The notes below the pieces were generated by a model. It saw only the letters and a list, made by a program, of their open reading frames with translations, did not search any database and had not been told where the DNA came from. A DNA stretch of 46,450 bases from Candidatus Woesearchaeota archaeon. Lineage in GTDB: Archaea; Nanobdellota; Nanobdellia; Pacearchaeales; GW2011-AR1. The stretch lies in contig CAZROF010000003.1 in assembly GCA_964601675.1 (NCBI GenBank), positions 1-46,450 of the forward strand. The letters are read 5' to 3'. The first letter of the stretch is position 1, and every line of letters starts with the position of its first letter. The translations under genes were made by a program, and so were the position numbers. Shown here piece by piece: positions 37,372 to 46,442 of the stretch.

Positions 37372-38289
37372 ATGGTTATAAAGAGGCAGATTTTTTTTAG
37401 TGTGATTGTAGGTTTGTTTTTAATTAGTTGTGTTTCTGCTGTATTTTCTACTAGTACTTATAATTTAAATGAGGGAGATAATTCGAATGCTCATTTTCTA
37501 GTCCATACTTTGAAATATGGTCCTTTTCCTGTAAGCCCGGGAAATTGGTTTGATGTTTGGGTTAAGGTGCAAAATGTTGGACAAGAGGATGCTAAAAATG
37601 CCACATTTAGGTTTATTCCTAGCTATCCTTTTTCTTCAAATGATAAAGTTGTTAGGTCTTTTGGATTGGTTAGCGGAACGATATCTGCTTATGCAGAAAG
37701 ACAACCTGGAGAAAACCAGAGTAATTCAAATCAAGTTTTATTAAAATTCCATGTTTTTGTAAATAATAACGCTATTGAGGGAGTGTATAATTTGAAACTG
37801 GAGAGTTCTGTTAAGGGGGATAGTGGAACTAAGTTTATGTATGATCTTCCAATTTCTGTGGAGAAATCTGAGGTTGATTTTGACACTACTTTGCAGGATT
37901 CGAGGAATATTGGAACATCTTTTACAATTACTAATACAGGGACTAAATCAGCTAGTAGTATAATTGTGAAAATAAATGAGAGTGAGTGGAATTTGTTTGG
38001 AGATAAGTCATTTAATGTTGGGAAGTTGAATAATGGGGAAACAACGAGGTTTGTGGTTCAGGGGGTTCCATCGTCTTCAAATATTAAATTAAATATTAGT
38101 TATACAGATATTTCTGGAGTAAGAAGAGCTTTGATTAATGACATTCCTGTTTCTAGGAAGGGGCATGTGTTGATAAAGTCTCCAGAGGATCCTTCTTATA
38201 AAAAATGGCTGTTTGGATTGGCTGGAATTTTTATTGGTATTGGTATTTTAGGGATATCAAGAAAGATTCATAATAAGAAGAGGACGTAA
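37372..38289 (+). CDS. COG1361-type S-layer-domain protein
   Basis: Signal peptide, PFPVSPG...VKVQNVG Ig-like repeats, NTG motif, C-terminal TM anchor. Confidence 0.75.
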   Translation: MVIKRQIFFSVIVGLFLISCVSAVFSTSTYNLNEGDNSNAHFLVHTLKYGPFPVSPGNWFDVWVKVQNVGQEDAKNATFRFIPSYPFSSNDKVVRSFGLVSGTISAYAERQPGENQSNSNQVLLKFHVFVNNNAIEGVYNLKLESSVKGDSGTKFMYDLPISVEKSEVDFDTTLQDSRNIGTSFTITNTGTKSASSIIVKINESEWNLFGDKSFNVGKLNNGETTRFVVQGVPSSSNIKLNISYTDISGVRRALINDIPVSRKGHVLIKSPEDPSYKKWLFGLAGIFIGIGILGISRKIHNKKRT

Positions 38290-38304
38290 GTAATTTTAGA
38301 TAAT

Positions 38305-38952
38305 ATGCAGAATAATAAACAAACAAAGAGGCAGCGTATTGTTGATAAAATTTATCATGAAGTTGCAATTTCAATAATAGTAACATTGTTTTTTGCGATC
38401 CTTGTGGGCGGAATTGTTTATTATCAAGTTAATCAGGGGCGGATTTATATAGAAAATGCAGAAATAAGTGCTCCTGTGATTTTATTAAAACCTCAAAATT
38501 TTGGGGTGTTGGATCATGTCTTTGTTAGAGCAGGAGATAGTGTTTCTATAAATGATGTTGTGGCAAAGGTTGATGGAGAGTCGATAAAAGCTGGAACAGA
38601 AGGAATAATTAGTTTTGCTAATAATGTCCCAGGTCAGTATGTTTCTCCTCAGGATACAATCGTTAAGATGTTTAATCCTGCAGAGTTAAGAATTATTGGT
38701 CGTGTTGAAGAAGATAAGGGTTTGGTTGAGATTAAGCCAGGTCAAAGAGTTGTTTTTACCGTTGATGCATTTGATTCAAAAGAATATGCGGGTATTGTTG
38801 AATCAGTAAGCCCAATTGCAAGACAGTCAGACATTGTATTTAGTATTTCTGATAAAAGGGAAGAAAAGCAATTTGATGTTAATGTGAAATTTATAGCTGG
38901 CTATCCTGAACTTAAAAATGGTATGTCTGCAAAAATGTGGATATATAAGTAA
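38305..38952 (+). CDS. Short HlyD/EmrA-like adaptor protein lacking the alpha-hairpin
   Basis: N-terminal TM, lipoyl halves VFVRAGDSV and IKAGTEGII nearly adjacent, IKPGQRV, LKNGMSA. Confidence 0.82.
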   Translation: MQNNKQTKRQRIVDKIYHEVAISIIVTLFFAILVGGIVYYQVNQGRIYIENAEISAPVILLKPQNFGVLDHVFVRAGDSVSINDVVAKVDGESIKAGTEGIISFANNVPGQYVSPQDTIVKMFNPAELRIIGRVEEDKGLVEIKPGQRVVFTVDAFDSKEYAGIVESVSPIARQSDIVFSISDKREEKQFDVNVKFIAGYPELKNGMSAKMWIYK

Positions 38953-38954
38953 AG

Positions 38955-40421
38955 ATGGACAGTGAGGAATCAAGGGCTGGGCTATGGGTACTTGTTACGG
39001 TTATTATTGGGACGTTACTTGGAAGTTTGGATAGAACTGTTGTTAATCTTGCGCTTCCAGATATGATGAATCATTTTAGTATTTCGGTTTCTAGTGCTGG
39101 TTGGATTGCTACGGCCTATATTCTTGCTAATGCAATATTTGTTCCGGTCTGGGGAAAGCTAGGGGATATTATTGGTAGAAAGAAAGTTTATATTTCAGGA
39201 TTTATTATATTTATTGGAAGCTCCTTGTTTGCGGGACTTGCTTGGAATTTTAGTTCATTGATATTTTTTAGGGTTGTTCAGGCTTTGGCTGTTTCTGCGG
39301 ATTATCCTACTGCAATGGCAATTCTCGCTACTACGTTTAGTGGAAGGTCTAGAAAGAAAGCTATGGGAATTTGGTCTGCAAGTATGGCTTTAGGGGCAGT
39401 TCTCGGCCCATTAATTGGTGGACCATTGATAGATAATTTTGGATGGCGTTCTATATTTCTTGTTAATGTACCTTTGGGGATTATAGGAATTTTAATGGCA
39501 TATAAATTTATAGAAGAATCAAATATTAAAAAGCAAAAAGTTAATTTCGATATTTTTGGGGCTATGGTATTAGCTGTTGCTCTTTTTGCGATTGTGTTGG
39601 TATTGGATAAGGGTCTTTCTTGGGGGTGGATTTCTTTGAAAAGTATTTTGTCTTATTTTGTAGCAATTTGTTTTCTTATTTTATTTTATTTTATTGAGAA
39701 AGCTCATAAAGATCCTATCGTTAATTTAAATCTTTTTAAGAATAGGACTTTTGTGATGGTGATTATTAATACTTTTGCGATATTTATGGCATTAATGGGG
39801 AGTCTTTTTTTGATTCCTTTATTCGCACAAAATTTTTTAGGATATTCTTCTACACAAGCGGGTTATTTGTTTTTACCTATGGCGATTGTTCTTATATTTG
39901 CAGCTCCTTTGGGTGCTAAGTTGGGGAAAAGATTATCTTCTGGTAGGATTATAGCTATAGGAACTTTTATCGCTGCGGGTGGGGTGTTTTTATTTTCATT
40001 TCTTGATCTTCGTTCTACGGCACTTAATTTAATTATTCCTTTTTCAATTATGGCTTTTGGTTTAGGTTTAGGAATGTCTCATCGACCGAGTTTGATAGTA
40101 TCTTTAGCTCCTAAAGATGAGATAGGGTCCGCTTCATCATTGTTTGTTTTGTTTAGAAATATGGCTGGAGCGTTTGGGGTTGCATTTTTTGCTACGATTT
40201 TGTCAAGTAGTATGAAAGATAATGTTTTGAATTTGTCTAGGTATACAATTGTTAATTCTAAAGATCCCGCAGTTTATCAAAAAGTAATGTCATTAATAAT
40301 TCTTAAGGCGCAGGTTCTTTCTTATGCTGAAGTTTTTATTGTTGCATCGGTTTTGATTTTTATTGGGGGCATAGTCGCGTTATTTATTGATAACAAAAGA
40401 GTTAGAGATAAATCTTCATGA
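38955..40421 (+). CDS. DHA2 (EmrB/QacA) MFS efflux transporter
   Basis: LDRTVVNLALP, WGKLGDIIGRKK, LGPLIGG, WRSIFLVNVPLG; about 14 TM. Confidence 0.93.
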   Translation: MDSEESRAGLWVLVTVIIGTLLGSLDRTVVNLALPDMMNHFSISVSSAGWIATAYILANAIFVPVWGKLGDIIGRKKVYISGFIIFIGSSLFAGLAWNFSSLIFFRVVQALAVSADYPTAMAILATTFSGRSRKKAMGIWSASMALGAVLGPLIGGPLIDNFGWRSIFLVNVPLGIIGILMAYKFIEESNIKKQKVNFDIFGAMVLAVALFAIVLVLDKGLSWGWISLKSILSYFVAICFLILFYFIEKAHKDPIVNLNLFKNRTFVMVIINTFAIFMALMGSLFLIPLFAQNFLGYSSTQAGYLFLPMAIVLIFAAPLGAKLGKRLSSGRIIAIGTFIAAGGVFLFSFLDLRSTALNLIIPFSIMAFGLGLGMSHRPSLIVSLAPKDEIGSASSLFVLFRNMAGAFGVAFFATILSSSMKDNVLNLSRYTIVNSKDPAVYQKVMSLIILKAQVLSYAEVFIVASVLIFIGGIVALFIDNKRVRDKSS

Positions 40422-40423
40422 TG

Positions 40424-41032
40424 TTAGTGTTTTTTGTATCTTCCACGTTTTTCTACTATAATTAATCGTTCTAGGATTTTTTTTGAATCTTCCCAGTTGT
40501 AGCCTTTTTCAAAATTTTTGGATAGGTTTTCATATATAAGGAAGTGTTTTGCCTTTAGGGCTTGTTTTATTAGGTGGATATCTACTGCTTTGTCTTCTAT
40601 TTTTGTTGAGATATAAGATAGTCCAAAATCAATTAGGAATATTTTTGAATTTGATAAGATGATGTTGGATGTTGTTAGGTCTGCATGGATTATGTTGTTT
40701 TTGTGAAGTTTTGCCACTTGTCTTCCTATTTTTTGCATTGTGGAAAATTGTTTGGATTCTGGGTAGGAGTTTAGGGTTTGGGAGAGGCGGTCGCCTTTGA
40801 TGTATTCCATTGAGAGGTTGAATTTTTCTGTGTGTAGAAGTTTTGGGACGTTAATTCTTGCTTTTGCTGCTTTAGTTAGGATTTTTGCTTCGGCCCTGGT
40901 TCGGCGGGTTCTTATTTGTTTGTCTAGCTGGGGGTGGCGGTAAGATTTTGGGAGGCGGTTTTTGTGGATGGTGTTATCTTTGGTTAGGTAGATTTTTGCT
41001 TCGGCGCCTTGTTGGATTAAATTTTGTTTCAT
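40424..41032 (-). CDS. bud32: KEOPS complex kinase Bud32
   Basis: QGAEA, PKSYRHPQLD, HADLTTSN, IDFGL, EDKAVD, RGRY. Confidence 0.93.
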   Translation of the reverse strand: MKQNLIQQGAEAKIYLTKDNTIHKNRLPKSYRHPQLDKQIRTRRTRAEAKILTKAAKARINVPKLLHTEKFNLSMEYIKGDRLSQTLNSYPESKQFSTMQKIGRQVAKLHKNNIIHADLTTSNIILSNSKIFLIDFGLSYISTKIEDKAVDIHLIKQALKAKHFLIYENLSKNFEKGYNWEDSKKILERLIIVEKRGRYKKH

Positions 41033-41034
41033 GA

Positions 41035-42429
41035 TTAAATTCTCATCTTCCCACTAAACTTCTTAGCCATCTTCTGCATCATCTTGGGGTCAATGTTTCC
41101 CTCAGCCATACCTGATTGCATTCCCATCATTTCTTTTAGCATCTTATATTGTTTTAGAAGTTCTCGGATTTCTGTGGTGGTAGTCCCAGAACCTTTTGCA
41201 ATTCTTGCTATTCTACTTGTTTGTTTTTCTAAGATTTCGGGGTTTTCAATTTCTTCTTCTGTCATTGAGGAGATTGCACATTTCCAGTTTTTCATTTTGA
41301 CTTCTTGTTTTGCTAGTGCTTCTTTTGGGACTTTTGCGGCGGACATCCCTGGTATCATTCCTATTAGTTTGTCCATGGAGCCCATTTTGTTCATTTGCTC
41401 TAGTTGTGAGTATAAATCTAGGAGTGTGAATTTTCCTTTTTTTAGTCTGTCTTCGATTCTTTTAGTTTGAGATTCGTCTGTTGCTGATTTTACATGTTCT
41501 AGTAGAGCTTGTAGGTCTCCCATTCCGAGTAGTCTTTGGATGAACGATTCTGGGTTGAAGGTTTCTATTTCGTGGAGTTGTTCTCCGACACCGATGAAGT
41601 AGACTGGGGAGGAAGTTTCTGCGCAAGCTGTTAGGGCACCACCTGCTTTTGAGGTTCCATCCATCCTTGTTATGATTACGCCGTCAATTGAGAGTGCTTT
41701 TTGGAATTCCAAGCTTTGAGTTTTTGCGGTTTGTCCTACGTCAGCAGGCATTACGAGGATTCTGTAGTCTGGTTTTAGGGTTTTGTTTAGGGTTTTAATT
41801 TCTTTGGTTAGTTCTTCGTTTAGTCCGTCTCGTCCGGCTGTGTCAATTAAAACTAGGTCATATTTTTCTAGCTCTTTTTTGTGTTTCTTTATTATTTCTA
41901 GAGATCTTTTTGTATGGTTAAGTTTTTTGTTTTTTTCTTTGTCTTCTGGGGATTCTATGAATGAATGAAGTTTTGCTTTGTCGGCCATTTGTTGGAGCTG
42001 TTCCATTGCGGCTGGTCTTTGTGTATCTAGTCCTAGGAGCGCTACTTTTTTCCCTCTTTTTGCGTAATAGAATCCTAATTTTGCAATTGTTGTGGTTTTA
42101 CCTGCTCCGTAAAGACCTAGGAACATAATGCTTGCCTGTTTTGGCAATTTTAGTTCTTTGGCTTCTCCACCTAGAATTAGTGAGATTTCATCGTGGATTA
42201 GGGTTATTAGTTGCTCTTTTTTGTCTACGGATTGGATTGTTTCATCGTAGGCGATTTTTTTGATTTTTTGTGTTAGGGCGAATACTAGTTCTATATTGAT
42301 GTCTGCTTCAATTAGGGATTTTTGGATGTCTTTGATGACTGCATCTATTAGTTTCTTATCTAGGAAGATTGCGTTGCTGATTTTTTTTATTCCGGATTTT
42401 AGGGTGCTGCCTAGTTTTTCTAGTACCAT
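41035..42429 (-). CDS. srp54: Signal recognition particle protein SRP54
   Basis: GLYGAGKTT, DTAGR, TRMDG, Met-rich M domain with RIAKGSG; start MVLEKLG. Confidence 0.96.
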   Translation of the reverse strand: MVLEKLGSTLKSGIKKISNAIFLDKKLIDAVIKDIQKSLIEADINIELVFALTQKIKKIAYDETIQSVDKKEQLITLIHDEISLILGGEAKELKLPKQASIMFLGLYGAGKTTTIAKLGFYYAKRGKKVALLGLDTQRPAAMEQLQQMADKAKLHSFIESPEDKEKNKKLNHTKRSLEIIKKHKKELEKYDLVLIDTAGRDGLNEELTKEIKTLNKTLKPDYRILVMPADVGQTAKTQSLEFQKALSIDGVIITRMDGTSKAGGALTACAETSSPVYFIGVGEQLHEIETFNPESFIQRLLGMGDLQALLEHVKSATDESQTKRIEDRLKKGKFTLLDLYSQLEQMNKMGSMDKLIGMIPGMSAAKVPKEALAKQEVKMKNWKCAISSMTEEEIENPEILEKQTSRIARIAKGSGTTTTEIRELLKQYKMLKEMMGMQSGMAEGNIDPKMMQKMAKKFSGKMRI

Positions 42430-42511
42430 TGATTTCTTTCTTTTAGAAAAAGAAATTTCTCGCAAGTAGAAAACTTATATTGAGAAATACTGTTTCTTTG
42501 TTTAATTTCAT
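42430..42511 (-). repeat. MKLN leader element, copy C (uORF 42511-42443, 22 aa)
   Basis: ATGAAATTAAACAAA...TTTTCTACTTGCGAGAAATTTCTTTTTCTAAAA. Confidence 0.85.
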
Positions 42512-42533
42512 TAATTAAGGAGGTTCGTGAGGT

Positions 42534-42541
42534 TTTTTATA
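42534..42541 (-). promoter_or_regulatory. TATA box upstream of leader element C
   Basis: TATAAAAA 23-30 nt upstream of the uORF ATG at 42511. Confidence 0.55.
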
Positions 42542-42629
42542 TCTTTGTTTGCTATGTGTGTGTAGATTTGTGTTGTTTCTAGTCTTATGTGCCCTGATAA
42601 TTTTTGAATATGTCTGATGTTATATAAAA

Positions 42630-42953
42630 TAATGTTCGAGACTTAATCGAAAAACTTAAAAATATTTATCAATAATATAATGGACGGGTATGATTACAGT
42701 ACTTGGATTAGTAGCAGCAACTTGTACCATTATTTCATATTTACCACAAGCAATAAAAACTATAAAAACCAAACATACCAAAGGTCTATCGTTAGGTATG
42801 TATACAGTATTAACAACAGGTGTTTTTATATGGTTTTTATATGGGATTTTGATTAAAAATTTGCCAGTTATTCTTTCAAATGGAATATCACTAATTTTTA
42901 CTGCTACAATATTATTTCTAATCATTAAATATAAATAAATGTCTCGAACATTA
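42630..42953. repeat. 13-bp inverted repeats flanking the SemiSWEET gene
   Basis: TAATGTTCGAGAC (42630-42642) and GTCTCGAACATTA (42941-42953). Confidence 0.85.
42690..42938 (+). CDS. SemiSWEET (PQ-loop) sugar transporter
   Basis: 82 aa, YLPQAIK, GLSLGM, WFLYG, PVILSN. Confidence 0.92.
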   Translation: MITVLGLVAATCTIISYLPQAIKTIKTKHTKGLSLGMYTVLTTGVFIWFLYGILIKNLPVILSNGISLIFTATILFLIIKYK

Positions 42954-42998
42954 ATCAGAGGGACGTTGCGCTTAAAATTCTTTCAGAATTTTATCCTC

Positions 42999-43055
42999 GT
43001 ATAACAAGGGCTATACGGCTCGGGGCTCGGCTCGGACTTCACCCAAATCTTTCTC
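42999..43055 (+). repeat. attC-like repeat 1 (right end not recognisable)
   Basis: GTATAACAAGGG...CTCGGCTC...CTTCACCCAAATCTTTCTC. Confidence 0.55.
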
Positions 43056-43109
43056 CCACTGACCTCAAGAAGCAAATTATTTATAAAGAATTTATATTAC
43101 AGTTATGTT

Positions 43110-44411
43110 ATGCAAAAATTAAAACTTGACAAAGGACAGTTTATAATTTTTTTATTATCTCTACTTCCAATTATATTCTGGATTTTTACTCCTAAGCTTG
43201 ACTTGTTCTTTAGTAATTTGCAAACTGGGCTTGTTGGTTTTGGTGAAATATTTGGGTTGGTTGGCATGGTGCTATTTTCGCTTAACATAATATTAGCGAC
43301 AAGATTACCAATTATTGAAAAACTATTTGGCGGCTTAAGCAATATTTACAAAAAACATGATTTCTTAGGTCAGTTGGCCTTTGTTCTATTGCTTTTCCAT
43401 CCATTGCTTTTGCTTCCAAGATATGCTTCAAATATTAAAGGAGTATTTTCTTTTTTGTTCTTTAGTGATTTATGGGCCCGAAACTTCGGGATTTTTGCTT
43501 TATGGATAATGTTATTGCTCATTGTTTTAACGTTATACCTGAGACCAAAATATAATATTTGGAAAATAACGCATAAGTTTTTCGGTGCCGCTCTTTTTTT
43601 CGGTGCTTTACATGTTTATTTTATTCCGGGATATGTTATGAATAATTTGTTATTAAAAGGTTATGTATTATTCATCGCAGTGTTGGCAATATTAGCGTTT
43701 CTTTATAAAAGTGTTTTTGGAAGATTCTTTGTAAAAAAATATACTTATTTTGTAAAGAAAATAAAAAAATTAGATGATGATATTATTGAGATAACATTAA
43801 AGCCAGAGAATAAACATTTGATGTTTAGACCAGGACAGTTTATCTTTATTTCGTTTAAGCAAAAGGGTTTATCTTCAGAGAGTCATCCTTTTTCAATCAC
43901 CTCATCACCAAAGGAAGAATTATTAAAAATAAGTGTGAAAAAACTTGGTGATTACACAACAGAACTATATTCAAGGCTTAAGGAAGGTTCTGCGGCTGAA
44001 ATCGAAGGTCCATTTGGGTCATTCTCCTATCTTAACACTGAAAATAAAAATCAGGTTTGGATAGCGGGGGGAATAGGAATTACTCCTTTCTTAAGTTCCA
44101 TCAAAGATTTGAGAGACAAAAATAATTATTCAATCAATCTTTTTTATTGTGTTAAAAATAAAAGGGAAGCTATTTATTTGAATCTTCTTGAAGAAGAAAG
44201 CAAGAAAAATCCGCAAATTAACATAATCCCAGTTTATTCTGAAAAAAAAGGTCACATTAGTATAGAATATTTGCAAAATCATTTAAAGAATTTTGTTAGT
44301 AATGATTTTTTTATTTGCACACCGCCAAGTATGATTAAAAAATTAAAAATAGATTTAATAAATTCGGGAATAAATAAAAGAAAAATTTATTCGGAGGAAT
44401 TTAATTTTTAA
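43110..44411 (+). CDS. Ferric-reductase-like TM domain fused to FAD/NAD(P)H-binding (FNR) domain
   Basis: Heme-type His pairs in TM helices, FRPGQF, HPFSITS, EGPFG, IAGGIGITPF, EEF C-terminus. Confidence 0.92.
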   Translation: MQKLKLDKGQFIIFLLSLLPIIFWIFTPKLDLFFSNLQTGLVGFGEIFGLVGMVLFSLNIILATRLPIIEKLFGGLSNIYKKHDFLGQLAFVLLLFHPLLLLPRYASNIKGVFSFLFFSDLWARNFGIFALWIMLLLIVLTLYLRPKYNIWKITHKFFGAALFFGALHVYFIPGYVMNNLLLKGYVLFIAVLAILAFLYKSVFGRFFVKKYTYFVKKIKKLDDDIIEITLKPENKHLMFRPGQFIFISFKQKGLSSESHPFSITSSPKEELLKISVKKLGDYTTELYSRLKEGSAAEIEGPFGSFSYLNTENKNQVWIAGGIGITPFLSSIKDLRDKNNYSINLFYCVKNKREAIYLNLLEEESKKNPQINIIPVYSEKKGHISIEYLQNHLKNFVSNDFFICTPPSMIKKLKIDLINSGINKRKIYSEEFNF

Positions 44412-44412
44412 G

Positions 44413-45144
44413 ATGGGCGTCATGAAAAAAATAACTTTAGCATCAATGATGATTTTCGTGACTATCTTAATAGTTTCTTCTATAGGTAGTTATTACATGC
44501 ATAACAATATATCGAACAATGATAATATTATGAAAATCGTCCAGACGACACCCACTAAGATTATACAAAATGAGGCCCTAAATAATATTACATCGCTAAG
44601 CACCAAGGATTATATTAATTCGCCGGGTATAGATATTGATTCTCTAGTAACAAACTTAACTAAACCAAAACTTGGGACATTTACTATGGAAGAAGTTTCA
44701 AAACATAATTCAAGAAATGATTGTTATTTAGTAATTAATAACAATGTATATGATGTTTCATCTTATATCGGTTATCATCCTGGGGGCTCAAAGACAATAA
44801 CTTCTCATTGTGGGAAAGAAGTAACAGGAATATTCGCAAGCATACATTCAAATAGAGCATGGGATTTATTAAAAAAATATAAAATAGGGGTATTAATATC
44901 AACCAACATTCGGGCTCCACAGTCTGAAATATTATCTGCAATATATAAAGGATTACAAAAAGCAAACCCAACAGCTGAAATTATTAATGTAAAACAAAAA
45001 AAGGGTTTATACATAGCAAAAATAATTAAGTATAATAAGTTATTTGAAGTTCACATAAATAATAAAGGATTGATAACTAATGAAGAAATTGAAGACGAGG
45101 AACAAAACTGGTCTTTATGGGAAAACGATAAAGATGATGATTAA
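44413..45144 (+). CDS. Membrane-anchored cytochrome b5-like heme protein with PepSY-like tail
   Basis: FTMEEVSKHN, VYDVS, HPGG, second His in IHS. Confidence 0.88.
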   Translation: MGVMKKITLASMMIFVTILIVSSIGSYYMHNNISNNDNIMKIVQTTPTKIIQNEALNNITSLSTKDYINSPGIDIDSLVTNLTKPKLGTFTMEEVSKHNSRNDCYLVINNNVYDVSSYIGYHPGGSKTITSHCGKEVTGIFASIHSNRAWDLLKKYKIGVLISTNIRAPQSEILSAIYKGLQKANPTAEIINVKQKKGLYIAKIIKYNKLFEVHINNKGLITNEEIEDEEQNWSLWENDKDDD

Positions 45145-45248
45145 ATGTTGAAAAAAGACATTATGCCAGAAAATATATTTAACGACTTGCTTTCGGCTTT
45201 TCCTACTTCGTTTGCCGGGATGTTGTATTAAAATCTAACTCTTTTGGG

Positions 45249-45341
45249 ACATAATAAGGGTCATGGGGTTCTAGAAACTTACAGCTTCTTCACCCAAATT
45301 TTTCTCTTCGAGAAAAACTTCGCATAATTTCGATGTCAGTT
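45249..45341 (+). repeat. attC-like repeat 2 (degenerate)
   Basis: ACATAATAAGGG...CTTCACCCAAATTTTTCTC-TTC-GAGAAAAACTTCGCATAA...GTCAGTT. Confidence 0.55.
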
Positions 45342-45381
45342 TCAATAAAAAAATCGGCTAAATATAGAAAGGGACAAAAAC

Positions 45382-45699
45382 TTATTTTCCTTGTAAGGCT
45401 GTTAGAACTTCATTACAAAATCCCTCAGTATTTTGAATGCTACTTCTTACTTCATTACTTGGTCCAGGATTTTGTCTTAAAATTGGAAATCCTGCATTTT
45501 GTGGAGTATGTTGCCACTTTGCTTGTTGAGATGCCTGATATCTTAGTTGAGTCACAGCTTCAATAGCTTTTTCCACAGGCATACCATTAATAGCTCCTAC
45601 CAGAAGATTCATATCCATTACTGCATACTCCATTCTTTGCATAGTTCCTGGAGATTTGTACAAACCACACTCACCCATCATACTCCACTTGGTTTCCAT
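45382..45699 (-). CDS. Hypothetical protein
   Basis: 105-aa ATG ORF with a TTTATAAA box further upstream. Confidence 0.55.
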   Translation of the reverse strand: METKWSMMGECGLYKSPGTMQRMEYAVMDMNLLVGAINGMPVEKAIEAVTQLRYQASQQAKWQHTPQNAGFPILRQNPGPSNEVRSSIQNTEGFCNEVLTALQGK

Positions 45700-45887
45700 G
45701 AATTTTGTATACCATATTAACTAGAAAGTAATAATAATTTTTATAAATCTTTCTATTCTTTTAGTTTTTGCCCTTAATTCTTTTAATTAATGGCACCTTG
45801 CACTTGATATGCCGATTTTTTTACTTTGAACTTACTCCGCTACGCTTCGTGCCAAACTGCGCTTTTTTTTCTTTCAGTCGTCGGAAC

Positions 45888-45987
45888 ACATAACAAGGGA
45901 TATTTGATTCGAGACTCGGCTCACCCCTCACTCAAATTTTTCTTCTACTTCGTTCCATAAAAACTCGTATATACTAAAAGATTATAA
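45888..45987 (+). repeat. attC-like repeat 3 (degenerate)
   Basis: ACATAACAAGGG...CTCGGCTC...CTCACTCAAATTTTTCT...CTCGTATATAC...ATTATAA. Confidence 0.55.
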
Positions 45988-46010
45988 ATTTGATTTTTTA
46001 GAGATATATT

Positions 46011-46442
46011 ATGACGAAAGAAAGACATCAAAATATTCCGGCTTCTTATTTAACCTTATTCAAAGATAATAAGATTTTACTTTTAAGACGTTTTAACACG
46101 GGATATGAAGACGGGAATTATTCAATGGTTGCTGGTCATGTAGATCCATGTGAAACTTTTACTCAATGTATAATCAGAGAAGCCGAAGAAGAAGCAGGAA
46201 TATTATTGAAACCTGAAGATTTGGAAGTAGTTCATATAGTGCACAGAAAATTTGGTACTGCTGAAAACAATGAAAGAGTTGATGTCTTTTTTATTGCTAA
46301 AAAATGGGATGGTAAAATTACAAACAAAGAACCTCATAAATGCGATGATTTATCTTGGTTTGAATTGGATAATATTCCTGAAAATGTAATCCCATATATT
46401 AATCCTGGAACGAGAAATCCACTTCTTTTAAGTTGTGGATGA
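46011..46442 (+). CDS. NUDIX hydrolase (C-terminus possibly replaced)
   Basis: Nudix box GHVDPCETFTQCIIREAEEEAG; EPHKCDDLSWF. Confidence 0.9.
   Translation: MTKERHQNIPASYLTLFKDNKILLLRRFNTGYEDGNYSMVAGHVDPCETFTQCIIREAEEEAGILLKPEDLEVVHIVHRKFGTAENNERVDVFFIAKKWDGKITNKEPHKCDDLSWFELDNIPENVIPYINPGTRNPLLLSCG

Noticed and set aside
42430-42465. N-terminal extension of SRP54 in the ORF track (MREISFSKRKKS)
   Set aside because: Derived from the MKLN element; the conserved start is MVLEKLG at 42429
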